From the NCBI RefSeq assembly GCF_008000775.2, contig NZ_CP042905.2:4260001-4292000 (forward strand): 32,000 bases of DNA, given 5' to 3'. This document shows, in pieces, positions 9,289 through 18,711 of the stretch; position 1 is the first letter of the stretch, and every line of letters begins with the position of its first letter. Below the pieces are notes generated by a model that had not been told where the DNA came from, did no database searches, and worked only from the letters and a program-made list of their open reading frames with translations. Position numbers and translations under genes: made by a program. The DNA comes from Promethearchaeum syntrophicum. GTDB lineage: Archaea; Asgardarchaeota; Lokiarchaeia; Sigyniarchaeales; Promethearchaeaceae.

Positions 9289-10659
9289 ATGAAAAATTAT
9301 ATGAGTAACGAAAAAAATGAAAATGAAAAGAAAAAGGTTGAAAGCGAGAAATCTCAACCTTTAACTCCAGAACAAAAAGAAGAGCGAAATGAAAATATAA
9401 TTGTTACCATCATTTTATGGTTAACAACGATAGGTCTCTTTATTTCTGTTATTGGAATTATCTGGAGGATTAAAGATTTATTTACTGAAACGGGATGGCA
9501 AGATTTTCTACTATTATCTATTCAAACTCAGATTTTTGTAGTAGGATTAATTCTCTTGGGTACATTTTTCTTAACGCTATTTTTAGTAGTTCTATACCGA
9601 AGAGGAAAACGTTCCATGCACAATATGCTATTTAAAGATAAATACGATGAAATAAGCAAAGATGAGACCTATATACCAGCAAAAATTATCACTGCAGGAA
9701 CTTTACTATGCATTTTTACAATTTTTCTTGGATTGATTATTGCAACAATTGGGTTTTTCCTAAATCAGGGTGAAGGAGAAGATCCATTTGAATTATGGGA
9801 GTGGTTTACTAATTTAACCGGAGGTTCAAGGATTTTACTGGTAGGAGGATCAATTTTAACCTTAGATGCCCTTTTATACTCAGGGATCTATACTTGGGAA
9901 AATGGTCAATGGGTTGTAATAAATCAAATTTTAAAATATAATAAAAAAATGGAAGAGAAACATTCATTCGAGAAAAACCAGAAAATTATTGGCAATATCA
10001 CGTTTACGATAATTGTTATTGAAGTATTAATGATTGTTGTCGGGATAATCTGGGCAATTATTGATGCTGCATTTTTAGATTATGGAACTACATTTAGAAA
10101 TTACCCAGTTGGTATACAAATATCATTTTATGGTATCTTTGGAGCCTTATTATTTACAACATTAATATTCTCAATGTTTATTTATAAACGTGGACAAAAT
10201 TTAATCTTGATAGCACTTTTTGTTCAAATCAGCCCCAAAGAGATTGAAAAAGATAATAAAACAGCCAAAATAATAACGATTGGAATTTTAATCTCAATCT
10301 CACTGATGGTTGTAGGATTAATAATCTGGCTTTTATCTGTAATACTTGAAGCAGTGGATGGGACAACGGGCAATATTTTCACGATTTTAGCTGGAATGAG
10401 TGGTGGCTTAGCTCTATTATCATACAGTGTTATCGCCGCAGTTTTTACGATTCTTATTCTATTATTTACCTTCTTCTTCCATAATGGATACGGCTTCACC
10501 ATGGATAAGATTATTAAAATGGAGAAGTCTTTGGATGATGGCATGGAAAGTGGGAAGAAAAAAACTGATGAAAGAAAGGAAGAGAGAAAAAGACTTAAAG
10601 CATTGAAGAAAGAAGCGAAAAAGAAGGAAAAAGAAGCGAAGAAAGAGAAAAAGGAGTAA
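9289..10659 (+). CDS. Hypothetical 8-TM membrane protein built from internal repeats, with Lys/Glu-rich N- and C-terminal tails
   Basis: 456 aa. Four ~95-100-aa modules of two hydrophobic helices each, starting at about aa 37, 132, 233 and 327. Modules 1/3 share GIIW...Y(R/K)RG; modules 2/4 share KIITxG...GLII. Charged tails MSNEKNENEKKKVESEK and KKEAKKKEKEAKKEKKE. T10 terminator just downstream. Confidence 0.7.
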   Translation: MKNYMSNEKNENEKKKVESEKSQPLTPEQKEERNENIIVTIILWLTTIGLFISVIGIIWRIKDLFTETGWQDFLLLSIQTQIFVVGLILLGTFFLTLFLVVLYRRGKRSMHNMLFKDKYDEISKDETYIPAKIITAGTLLCIFTIFLGLIIATIGFFLNQGEGEDPFELWEWFTNLTGGSRILLVGGSILTLDALLYSGIYTWENGQWVVINQILKYNKKMEEKHSFEKNQKIIGNITFTIIVIEVLMIVVGIIWAIIDAAFLDYGTTFRNYPVGIQISFYGIFGALLFTTLIFSMFIYKRGQNLILIALFVQISPKEIEKDNKTAKIITIGILISISLMVVGLIIWLLSVILEAVDGTTGNIFTILAGMSGGLALLSYSVIAAVFTILILLFTFFFHNGYGFTMDKIIKMEKSLDDGMESGKKKTDERKEERKRLKALKKEAKKKEKEAKKEKKE

Positions 10660-10664
10660 TTTCA

Positions 10665-10674
10665 TTTTTTTTTT
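10665..10674 (+). terminator. Oligo-T (T10) tract, likely archaeal terminator of the 9289-10659 gene
   Basis: Ten consecutive T starting 6 nt after the TAA stop at 10657-10659. Confidence 0.5.
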
Positions 10675-10772
10675 ATTCCACGAATTTTTCACTCTCACTG
10701 AATAAATTTATGGACTTTTTTTAGCTTTTTAGATATTAATCTTGAAATTCTATCTAATTCAAGAAAAACTCT

Positions 10773-10793
10773 AAAAAAATCATTTAAAAAAAA
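10773..10793 (-). terminator. T7 and T8 tracts on the minus strand downstream of the 10843-12519 gene
   Basis: Plus-strand A7 (10773-10779) and A8 (10786-10793, followed by C7) read as oligo-T on the minus strand, 50-70 nt past the stop. A small hairpin (ATCCCA-CAT-TGGGAT, 10829-10843) abuts the stop codon. Confidence 0.4.
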
Positions 10794-10842
10794 CCCCCCC
10801 TTCTACAAGTAATCATGTACTTGGGAAGATCCCACATTGGGA

Positions 10843-12519
10843 TTAATAAACTCTCTCTATATAGCCTATTTTCTTTATCTTTTTACTTAAAATAGAAATG
10901 CTAACAATTGCAATACCAATAAAAAGAAAATATGGATACCCAGCCACCCCATTACTATCGCTTAAAATTATTACGCTAACATCATCTTGTATTGAACCCC
11001 CATACCCATCGAAAGCTATAATTGTGTAATTATAAATTCCAGGAATTAAGTTATTTACATCAACAATGATTAGTGAACCCGATGTCCATTCTCCTGTACT
11101 ATTTAGTGTCCCATTTTGATATATTGTATATGTTGGTGAGTGAACATTAATATCGGAAATGATCCAGGTAATGTAGTTCCCAATTTGGCCGTGTTCAAAA
11201 ATAATATCGCTCGGTCTATTAATGCTAATCCCATCTCCAGATTCCACTCCTTGCATATCATAATAAAGATATTGGTCGCTAAAGTTTTCATCAAGAAAAA
11301 AAGAACTTTTTGAATAACACCAAAAATCTTTATCTTCAAATGACATAGTTCCATATCCTCCTACGATAATTCCTAATTCTTGGTTAGCATCATAATGTTC
11401 CAATTCAGATTTCGGAATTTTGAATTCAAATTGGCGATGTGATGTAGAATTTAAAGAACTAGGTCCAAATCCAATACTATATTCTGCGTTTTTGATACTA
11501 CTTAATGGTTTATCCATAATATGATCATCTGGACCACCATGATTGTAGGAATCAACTTCAATGTAGAAAAATATGCGGTCATACAACACTTCAAATTCTA
11601 AACTGCTACTATTTGCAATTATACTTATCTTTAAAGTATTCTCTGCGGTTAAATTTCCTGAATTTATATATCCCCAATCATTATTTGGTACACTGTTTTT
11701 AGATAAATTAAAATTCTGATTGGGATCATCTAAATCAAGAGTACCATCGGGTTTCCAAGCAACAACTCTATGGGAATCAATAGTTGTATTTAAATCTGAA
11801 CGGATGTATAAATTAAATCTCTGAATATGACCTATGTAATCATCCAAGAGTTGCCCGTAAAAATTCTGCAAATCAAATTCAATATCTAACCGAGTAACAT
11901 TATAACCAAGATATGCTGTAGAATTTAAGCCATAGTACAAAGAATCGAAGGAGACTAAATCCTGATAATTGCCAAAATAATCACCATATATTACTGGTGT
12001 AATTAAATCTTCATCTGAAATTGGGTAAAAATCATTATCATATGAGCTAGAATCGCCAAATGGTTCCCATAACTCTTCTGAGCTTACATTTACAATTAAT
12101 GATTCTGCTCCATCATTAACTGTTTGAAGCCATTCATTTTCACCAGAAAACGAACTATTATTTGTATTAAGCCATATTCCTACCCATTCACTACTGGGAT
12201 CTACTGTCTGATCACAATTCAAATCCAAACCAATATATAAATTCTCTTCATCTTCTCCAATTAAAAGGCTGTTATTGCCATCGATATTCCCATCACTATT
12301 ATCAGCATCAATAAAAAATTGATCTCTGACATCTGCATCAATCCACTCAGTATCCCCGATGATTCCATCAAAATTTAGAGGTCCCATTTCAAGATTAGCT
12401 ATTGCTGGATTGTTTGAAGTAAGCAGAATTATTGAAGTTAAAAATAAACCAAGGAATATGCTCAGGAATTTTTTTTTAATTCTTATCATAATTATCACTT
12501 TGTTTTGTTGAATTTTCAA
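10843..12519 (-). CDS. Secreted/cell-surface protein with N-terminal signal/anchor, C-terminal TM anchor and many N-glycosylation sequons
   Basis: 558 aa. N-terminal KKKFLSIFLGLFLTSIILLTSNNPAIA. C-terminal hydrophobic YPYFLFIGIAIVSISIL followed by KKIKK. About 15 N-x-S/T sequons by my count. Acidic Asp/Asn-rich ectodomain, with an Ig-like-looking C-terminal module (YTIYQNGTLNSTGEWTSGSLIIVDVNNLIPGIYNYTIIAFDGYG). Confidence 0.7.
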   Translation of the reverse strand: MKIQQNKVIIMIRIKKKFLSIFLGLFLTSIILLTSNNPAIANLEMGPLNFDGIIGDTEWIDADVRDQFFIDADNSDGNIDGNNSLLIGEDEENLYIGLDLNCDQTVDPSSEWVGIWLNTNNSSFSGENEWLQTVNDGAESLIVNVSSEELWEPFGDSSSYDNDFYPISDEDLITPVIYGDYFGNYQDLVSFDSLYYGLNSTAYLGYNVTRLDIEFDLQNFYGQLLDDYIGHIQRFNLYIRSDLNTTIDSHRVVAWKPDGTLDLDDPNQNFNLSKNSVPNNDWGYINSGNLTAENTLKISIIANSSSLEFEVLYDRIFFYIEVDSYNHGGPDDHIMDKPLSSIKNAEYSIGFGPSSLNSTSHRQFEFKIPKSELEHYDANQELGIIVGGYGTMSFEDKDFWCYSKSSFFLDENFSDQYLYYDMQGVESGDGISINRPSDIIFEHGQIGNYITWIISDINVHSPTYTIYQNGTLNSTGEWTSGSLIIVDVNNLIPGIYNYTIIAFDGYGGSIQDDVSVIILSDSNGVAGYPYFLFIGIAIVSISILSKKIKKIGYIERVY

Positions 12520-12734
12520 TATAGAATCTTAGATTAAATTCTATTAGTGATAGTCTTTTTTTTTTATAGTAAAAAACATTTTGATTATGATAAGATTAGC
12601 GATTCTTCACACATTTAGTTGTTAAAGATACTAAAGTGTTATCGTATTGGTTAATACGTCAAATATAGCAGAAATTATGCCCCCATTAATTTTAGGGAGA
12701 AAAAAATATTAAAAATGAACACTATATTGTTAAT

Positions 12735-13262
12735 ATGGATTTTACAGACGTCATTATTAAAAGAAGAAGTCATCGAAAATTTACCCAGGACACAATATCT
12801 GATGAAAAAATAAAAAAAATTATTGAGGCGGGTAGACTTGCTCCCACATGGGCAAATAAACAGGGAGTAAACTATATAATTGTGAAAAATCGATCTTTAA
12901 TTAAAGAGATGGCTAATGGAATTAACCAAAAATGGACTGAAAACGCACCAATACTCATTGTTGTTTGCATAGAACCGAATAGATCGGGAAAAAATATTAA
13001 CGGTTTAGAATATTTTACTGTAGATGCGGCAATTTGTATGGAACATATTGTTTTAGCAGCAACTAATGAAGGATTAGGAACATGTTGGATAGGGTTGTTT
13101 GACGAACAAAAAATAAAAAAAACTTTGTCAATTCCAGAAAAGGTAAGAGTGATTGCTTTAACGCCACTTGGTTATTCAAGATATACTCCTCGGGAACAAA
13201 AGCGAAAATCTATTGATCAAATTTGCTTTAGCGAAAAATGGGGAAATAATATTAAATTTTGA
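12735..13262 (+). CDS. Nitroreductase-family flavoprotein
   Basis: 175 aa. IIKRRSHRKF, RLAPTWANKQ and GLGTCWIG motifs are typical of the nitroreductase fold. Confidence 0.85.
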   Translation: MDFTDVIIKRRSHRKFTQDTISDEKIKKIIEAGRLAPTWANKQGVNYIIVKNRSLIKEMANGINQKWTENAPILIVVCIEPNRSGKNINGLEYFTVDAAICMEHIVLAATNEGLGTCWIGLFDEQKIKKTLSIPEKVRVIALTPLGYSRYTPREQKRKSIDQICFSEKWGNNIKF

Positions 13263-13311
13263 ATGGACAATTTTAATTTGGATTCTGAACTATTTCAATT
13301 AGGTTTTTGTA

Positions 13312-14451
13312 ATGACAGAAATTAACATACGGAAAACGCCTTTAAGTGAAATGCACGAGAAATTGGGCGCAAAGATGGTAAATTTTGAAGATTGGTATAT
13401 GCCCGTAAAATTTGAAGGAGTTATTGAAGAACATATATGGACTCGGGAACATGCTGGAATTTTTGATATTAGCCATATGACTGAGTTCATGCTCGAGGGT
13501 CCTGATTGTATACCTTTTCTTAAACAAATGATGACAAATAGTATTGGAATTGGAGATTTTGCAGCTCAGTATCAACACATGTGCTATCCTAATGGAACTA
13601 TAGTCGATGATCTCTACATTTATCGAGAATCTGCTGAAAAAGTTAGAATTATTGCTAATGCTCAAACTTTGGAAACAGATGGAAAGGATTTCAATTGGTT
13701 AGAAGAACATATTGGAGATTATAAGGTAAAGATCACGGATCTTTCTTTAGAACGCACAAGATTTGCTTTTCAAGGTCCTGAAACCTTAAAATTATTAAAT
13801 CCAATTACTGATACAGATCTCGCAAAGATTAAGCGTTTCAGATGGTGTTATACAAATCTCATTGTCAATTCAGAAAAAATTCCGATTTTTTGTTCACGAA
13901 CAGGGTATACAGGAGAAGATAATTGGTCAGATTCATTGGCATCATTCGAAATATCGTGTGAAAATAAATATGCGACCAAAATTTATCAAATCTTCTTGGA
14001 TACTGGAGCAAAACCGATTGGTCTTGGAGCAAGGGATTCTTTGCGTTTAGAATGCTGTTATGCTTTATACGGAAATGATATTAATAATGAAATTACGACA
14101 GTAGAAGCTAATTTAGGATGGGTTGTCAAGGAAAAAGAAGGATTCGAATTTATAGGACAAGAAGTTCTACTTAAACAAAAAAGTGAAGGCCCGAAAAAAA
14201 TCAGTGTAGGCCTTAATTTACTTGATAAAGGCATTCTTCGAGCGGGATATAAGGTGTTCAAGGATGAAGAGGAAATTGGTTTTATCACATCAGGAACATT
14301 TGCTCCAACTTTAAAAAAAACTGTAGGATTAGCTATGATTAGTTCGGAATACAAAGCAATTGGAAATGAGCTTGATATATTAATCAGAGGTAAGAAAAAA
14401 CGGGCAGTTGTAGTTAAAACACCCTTCTATACACGCGGAAAGAAAAATTAA
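13312..14451 (+). CDS. gcvT: Glycine cleavage system T protein (aminomethyltransferase)
   Basis: 379 aa. TPLSEMHEKLGAKMVNFEDWYMPVKF, AGIFDISHM, GYTGED, ARDSLRLE. Small insertion (NWSDSLAS) after GYTGED. Confidence 0.9.
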   Translation: MTEINIRKTPLSEMHEKLGAKMVNFEDWYMPVKFEGVIEEHIWTREHAGIFDISHMTEFMLEGPDCIPFLKQMMTNSIGIGDFAAQYQHMCYPNGTIVDDLYIYRESAEKVRIIANAQTLETDGKDFNWLEEHIGDYKVKITDLSLERTRFAFQGPETLKLLNPITDTDLAKIKRFRWCYTNLIVNSEKIPIFCSRTGYTGEDNWSDSLASFEISCENKYATKIYQIFLDTGAKPIGLGARDSLRLECCYALYGNDINNEITTVEANLGWVVKEKEGFEFIGQEVLLKQKSEGPKKISVGLNLLDKGILRAGYKVFKDEEEIGFITSGTFAPTLKKTVGLAMISSEYKAIGNELDILIRGKKKRAVVVKTPFYTRGKKN

Positions 14452-14522
14452 AAATATTATTATTTGCCAATATATTAATTAAAAACGTTACCAATTTTTT
14501 TTTATAAATTAAAACTAAAAAA

Positions 14523-14906
14523 GTGAAAATTATGGAATTTCCAGGAGATTTAAAATATCAACCTACCCATGAATGGGCTAAAATTGAGGGAGATGTTGCG
14601 ACAGTAGGTATAAGCGCTCACGCCCAAGATCAATTAGGGGAGATAGTTTTTGTAGAATTGCCTTCTGTAGGCGATTCATTAGAAAAAGGAGCAGTTGCTG
14701 CAAATGTTGAATCATCTAAAGCAGTCGGAGAAGTAGTTACACCATTTACTGGAGAAATAACTGCTGTAAATGAAAATTTAGAAGATGAACCGGAAGTTGT
14801 AAACAGTTCACCATACGGTGACGGGTGGATCTTTAAAATTAAACTTAGTAATCCTTCTGAGACAGATGGATTACTTGATGCTGCTGGTTATCAAGGAACA
14901 TTATAA
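14523..14906 (+). CDS. gcvH: Glycine cleavage system H protein (lipoyl carrier)
   Basis: 127 aa. THEWAK, ISAHAQDQLGEIVFVELP and the lipoyl-lysine context VESSKAVGEV. The track start is GTG 14523; ATG 14532 is more likely. Confidence 0.9.
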   Translation: MKIMEFPGDLKYQPTHEWAKIEGDVATVGISAHAQDQLGEIVFVELPSVGDSLEKGAVAANVESSKAVGEVVTPFTGEITAVNENLEDEPEVVNSSPYGDGWIFKIKLSNPSETDGLLDAAGYQGTL

Positions 14907-14987
14907 TAGAAACAACCAAATTTTTCGATTTTTTTTTTATTCACTTTCACATTGATCGATATTAATTCTATTTAGAAGGAAAAAAAC

Positions 14988-16301
14988 ATGGATTATGTAC
15001 CGCATGATGAAGAAACAATTCAAACTATGTTAAAAAATATTGGAGTGGAGAAATTAGATGATTTATATTCAGATATTCCGAATAATCTGAAAATTAAAAA
15101 TCTAAATCTTCCCGAAGGATTACCAGAATCAGACCTACTTAAAAATTTAACCAACCTTTCTAAGAAAAACCATATTTATCAAACATCCTTTCTTGGTGCA
15201 GGTTCGTATTATCACTATATCCCATCTTTAGTTGATTTTGTTATCAGTCAAAGCCAGTTTTTCACATCGTATACACCGTATCAAGCAGAAATAAGCCAGG
15301 GAATGCTCCAAAGTATATATGAATACCAATCTGCAATATCAAGAATAACAGAAATGGATGTTACAAATGCTTCTATGTATGATTGCGCATCTGCATTAGC
15401 AGAAGCTGCAACAATGGCATTTTTTATCACCAAAAAGAGAAAAATTCTGCTTATTGAGGGAATTCATCCAGAATATATTGAAACCGTCAAGACTTATTGC
15501 TGGGGTCGGAGTATCGAAACAGAAATAATTCCTTTAAATGAACTTAATAATAAATTAACTGATGAAATTGCTGGAGTTTTAATCCAAAGCCCAAACTTTT
15601 TTGGAGAAATTGAAGATATCAGTCAAATTGCAGAAATTATTCGTTCAAAATCAAAAAAATGTTTGCTTATTCAAGCAATGAGTGATCCTACTTGCTTAGG
15701 ATATCTAAATCCTCCTGGAAAAACTGAGGTTGATATATTTGTTTCCGAAGGTGTGGGAATGCATCCATCTTTTGGGGGTCCGAATCTTGGAATATTATCA
15801 GTGAAAAATAAGTACATGAGAAAAATGCCTGGAAGATTAGTTGGGTTAACAAAAGAACTTCAAGGTGAAAAAGAGGGTTACGTTTTAACCATTCAAGCGC
15901 GAGAACAACATATCAGACGTGAAAAAGCGTTGTCCAATATATGCTCAAATCAAGGACTAGCTATGGTTGCTTCATTAGTGTACTTAGTTTCTTTGGGTAA
16001 AACTGGATTAAAAGAAGTTGCAATGCAAAATTTTCAAAAAGCAAATCATTTGAAACAGGCATTATCTCAAATCTCTGGATATGAAATTCTAAATACCAAA
16101 CCAACCTATAATGAATTCGTTGTTAAATGCCCAAACATTAACAAATTAATAAAAAGTTGCAAAGAGGAAAATATTTTGCCCCCTTTGAGATTATCTCATT
16201 ATTTTCCAGATAGGGAGGATGAAATTTTAATTTGTGTAACCGAATTGAATTCAAAAGAAGATATTATTAAATTCGTACATATTGCTCAGGAGGCCAAATA
16301 A
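14988..16301 (+). CDS. gcvPA: Glycine dehydrogenase (decarboxylating) subunit 1
   Basis: 437 aa. FTSYTPYQAEISQGMLQ motif. 1-nt overlap (ATAATG) with gcvPB. Confidence 0.9.
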   Translation: MDYVPHDEETIQTMLKNIGVEKLDDLYSDIPNNLKIKNLNLPEGLPESDLLKNLTNLSKKNHIYQTSFLGAGSYYHYIPSLVDFVISQSQFFTSYTPYQAEISQGMLQSIYEYQSAISRITEMDVTNASMYDCASALAEAATMAFFITKKRKILLIEGIHPEYIETVKTYCWGRSIETEIIPLNELNNKLTDEIAGVLIQSPNFFGEIEDISQIAEIIRSKSKKCLLIQAMSDPTCLGYLNPPGKTEVDIFVSEGVGMHPSFGGPNLGILSVKNKYMRKMPGRLVGLTKELQGEKEGYVLTIQAREQHIRREKALSNICSNQGLAMVASLVYLVSLGKTGLKEVAMQNFQKANHLKQALSQISGYEILNTKPTYNEFVVKCPNINKLIKSCKEENILPPLRLSHYFPDREDEILICVTELNSKEDIIKFVHIAQEAK

Positions 16302-17734
16302 TGACTCGTGAACTTTTAATTTTTGAGAAAGGATATAATACTGCAAAAAATAATTTCATTCCCAAAATGGATATTAAAGGAATAGATTTAGATGAAATAC
16401 TTCCAAAATCCCTTCAACGGAGTGAAGAAATAAACTTGCCCGATATTCCGGAATTTGAAATTGTACGGCATTATGTTAATTTAGCTCAAAAGAATTATGG
16501 TGTAGATAGTGGAATTTATCCTTTAGGCTCTTGTACTATGAAATATAATCCAAGAATTAATGAAATAACAGCACGATTGCCTGGATTTCTAAAAATACAC
16601 CCATTACAAGAAGAAAATGAAGGAGCTATTGAACTAATTTATAATCTTGGCCAACAACTGTGTGAAATATGCGGAATGAAAGCGTTTACGTTAAATCCCG
16701 CAGCTGGGGCTCAAGGGGAACTTACTGGCATACTAATTATTAAGAAATACTTTGAAAGTAAAGGAATAAAGAAGGATAAAATCATAGTCCCTGACAGTGC
16801 TCATGGAACGAACCCTGCTACATCAGCGATGGCTGGTTTTTCGATTATTGAAATAAAATCTGATGAAAATGGAGAATTACCATTAGATCAGCTTGAATTT
16901 GCCATGAAAGGTGGAGATGTTGCAGGGTTAATGTTAACTAATCCAAATACAATTGGTGTTTTTGATAGGAATATCGATAAAATCACTGAAATTGTTCATA
17001 AATACGGAGGATTATGTTATTATGACGGAGCGAATCTAAATCCAATTATGGGAATCGCCAAACCAGGTGAAATGGGCTTTGATATCATTCATTTAAATTT
17101 ACATAAAACATTTTCAACTCCACATGGTGGTGGTGGTCCAGGAGCAGGCCCTGTTGGAGTCAAAAAGGATTTAATCAAATATTTACCATGCCCCCAAGTA
17201 ATCAAAAATGAAGGAGGCTTAGTCTGTGTTGAAGATGATGGATCATCAATCGGACGGATGCGGAGTTTTTGGGGCAATTTTGGAGTTTTAGTTAGAGCCT
17301 ATACATATATTTTAGCATTAGGTAAGAATGGAATAAGAAGAGCCGCCCAAAATGCAGTTTTGAATGCAAACTATATCAGAACCCAAATAAAACATAAATA
17401 CTCCATCCCGTACGATCGAATTAATATGCATGAATTCCTTGTTGATGTTCACTTACCGAATGGTGTTAATTCTGAGGATGTTGCCAAAGGATTACTTGAT
17501 CGCGGTATTCACGCCCCGACTATATATTTTCCCTTAATTATTCATGAAGCAATGCTAATTGAACCTACTGAAACAGAAAATAAGCGTGAATTAGACAAAT
17601 TTATTAAAGCATTGTTAGATATTTATGAGGAAGCAGAGAATAATCCAGATCATCTTAGAAATGGTCCATATAATACTTTAATTGGAAGGTTAGATGCGAC
17701 ATTAGCAGCCCGTAAACCGCATTTACGCGATTGA
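16301..17734 (+). CDS. gcvPB: Glycine dehydrogenase (decarboxylating) subunit 2
   Basis: 477 aa. PLP-lysine context IHLNLHKTFSTPHGGGGPGAGP. Confidence 0.9.
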   Translation: MTRELLIFEKGYNTAKNNFIPKMDIKGIDLDEILPKSLQRSEEINLPDIPEFEIVRHYVNLAQKNYGVDSGIYPLGSCTMKYNPRINEITARLPGFLKIHPLQEENEGAIELIYNLGQQLCEICGMKAFTLNPAAGAQGELTGILIIKKYFESKGIKKDKIIVPDSAHGTNPATSAMAGFSIIEIKSDENGELPLDQLEFAMKGGDVAGLMLTNPNTIGVFDRNIDKITEIVHKYGGLCYYDGANLNPIMGIAKPGEMGFDIIHLNLHKTFSTPHGGGGPGAGPVGVKKDLIKYLPCPQVIKNEGGLVCVEDDGSSIGRMRSFWGNFGVLVRAYTYILALGKNGIRRAAQNAVLNANYIRTQIKHKYSIPYDRINMHEFLVDVHLPNGVNSEDVAKGLLDRGIHAPTIYFPLIIHEAMLIEPTETENKRELDKFIKALLDIYEEAENNPDHLRNGPYNTLIGRLDATLAARKPHLRD

Positions 17735-17753
17735 TTTTTTCTTTTTTCTTTTT
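17735..17753 (+). terminator. T6-C-T6-C-T5 tract immediately after the gcvPB stop
   Basis: T-rich run begins at the base after TGA 17732-17734. Confidence 0.4.
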
Positions 17754-17829
17754 ATTTCTTCTCATTAATGTATTTTATCCAAAACTTTTTATGGAAAATT
17801 GATTAAAATGTAATTGGTGAAACTATTTT

Positions 17830-18690
17830 ATGGTGAAATGTTTGTTAGTATATTATTCACTTGGGGGAACAACCAAGAGCATTGCTAATGAAATTTTGAA
17901 AGGATTAGAAAGTAAGGGATTTGAAGTTGATATCCATGATATCATTGAAGGTTTACCGCCTTCTATTGAGAATTATGATCTTTTAGGATTAGGAACGCCT
18001 ACTTACTATTTTCGTCCGCCCTTTATCATAACGGATTACATAAAATCTCTACCTAAAATAAAAATCCCATATTTTTCATTTATTTTGTATGGAACTATTA
18101 TCGGAGATGGTGGAAATCGGATTAGGAAGAAGCTTAACAGAAAAATTGGAAGGGATATTGGTTATTTTAAGTGTAATGGTACAGAGAATTTTTATGGATA
18201 TATTAAACGTGGTATTGTGACATACCCAAGTCATCCCGATCGTGAAGACTTAAAACAAGCGGAAAATTTTGGTAAATCAATTGAATCCAACTTAAATAAT
18301 AAAGATTATAAACCTGAGGATTTTGATAAAAAACCAGGTTTTATTTATCGTTTTGAGCGATTTACAACACAAAAATGGATAGTTCAAAAGTTTTATTATC
18401 GCTTTTTCAAGGTTAATAATTTGAAGTGCACTAAATGTGGAATTTGCGTAGATTCTTGCCCGACAAACAACATTAGCATGGAGACGGGTAATTTACCTAA
18501 GTTTGGAAAAAATTGTATTGGTTGTTTTAATTGTGAATTGAAATGTCCTGAAGCAGCAATTTCATCAGTCATAGATTGGAAAATTTTTAGCCCATTTATG
18601 AATTATAATGTGCGGAAAATTCCAAAAATCCCTTCAATTGAAATTATAAAAGTAAATCTAAACAAAGGAATAGCGGAAAAAATAGAATAA
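17830..18690 (+). CDS. Flavodoxin-like domain fused to a 2x[4Fe-4S] ferredoxin domain
   Basis: 286 aa. N-terminal LLVYYSLGGTTKSIA (flavodoxin-type FMN loop). C-terminal CTKCGICVDSCP and CIGCFNCELKCP (two CxxCxxCxxxCP motifs). Confidence 0.8.
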   Translation: MVKCLLVYYSLGGTTKSIANEILKGLESKGFEVDIHDIIEGLPPSIENYDLLGLGTPTYYFRPPFIITDYIKSLPKIKIPYFSFILYGTIIGDGGNRIRKKLNRKIGRDIGYFKCNGTENFYGYIKRGIVTYPSHPDREDLKQAENFGKSIESNLNNKDYKPEDFDKKPGFIYRFERFTTQKWIVQKFYYRFFKVNNLKCTKCGICVDSCPTNNISMETGNLPKFGKNCIGCFNCELKCPEAAISSVIDWKIFSPFMNYNVRKIPKIPSIEIIKVNLNKGIAEKIE

Positions 18691-18711
18691 TCGGTTTGAA
18701 TTGGTATATTT

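Noticed and set aside
10540-10659. AAG/GAA-rich DNA (also 20400-20560) considered as a microsatellite or repeat element
   Set aside because: It is in-frame coding sequence for Lys/Glu-rich tails of the 456-aa and 593-aa proteins. There is no exact tandem unit, so this is low-complexity coding sequence rather than a DNA repeat feature.
12520-12734. 215-bp divergent intergenic region with a 7-bp inverted repeat (ATAGAAT-N10-ATTCTAT) and a T10 run; considered as a small RNA gene
   Set aside because: There is no GC-rich stem structure and no conserved RNA motif or tRNA-like features. The most economical explanation is two divergent AT-rich promoters.
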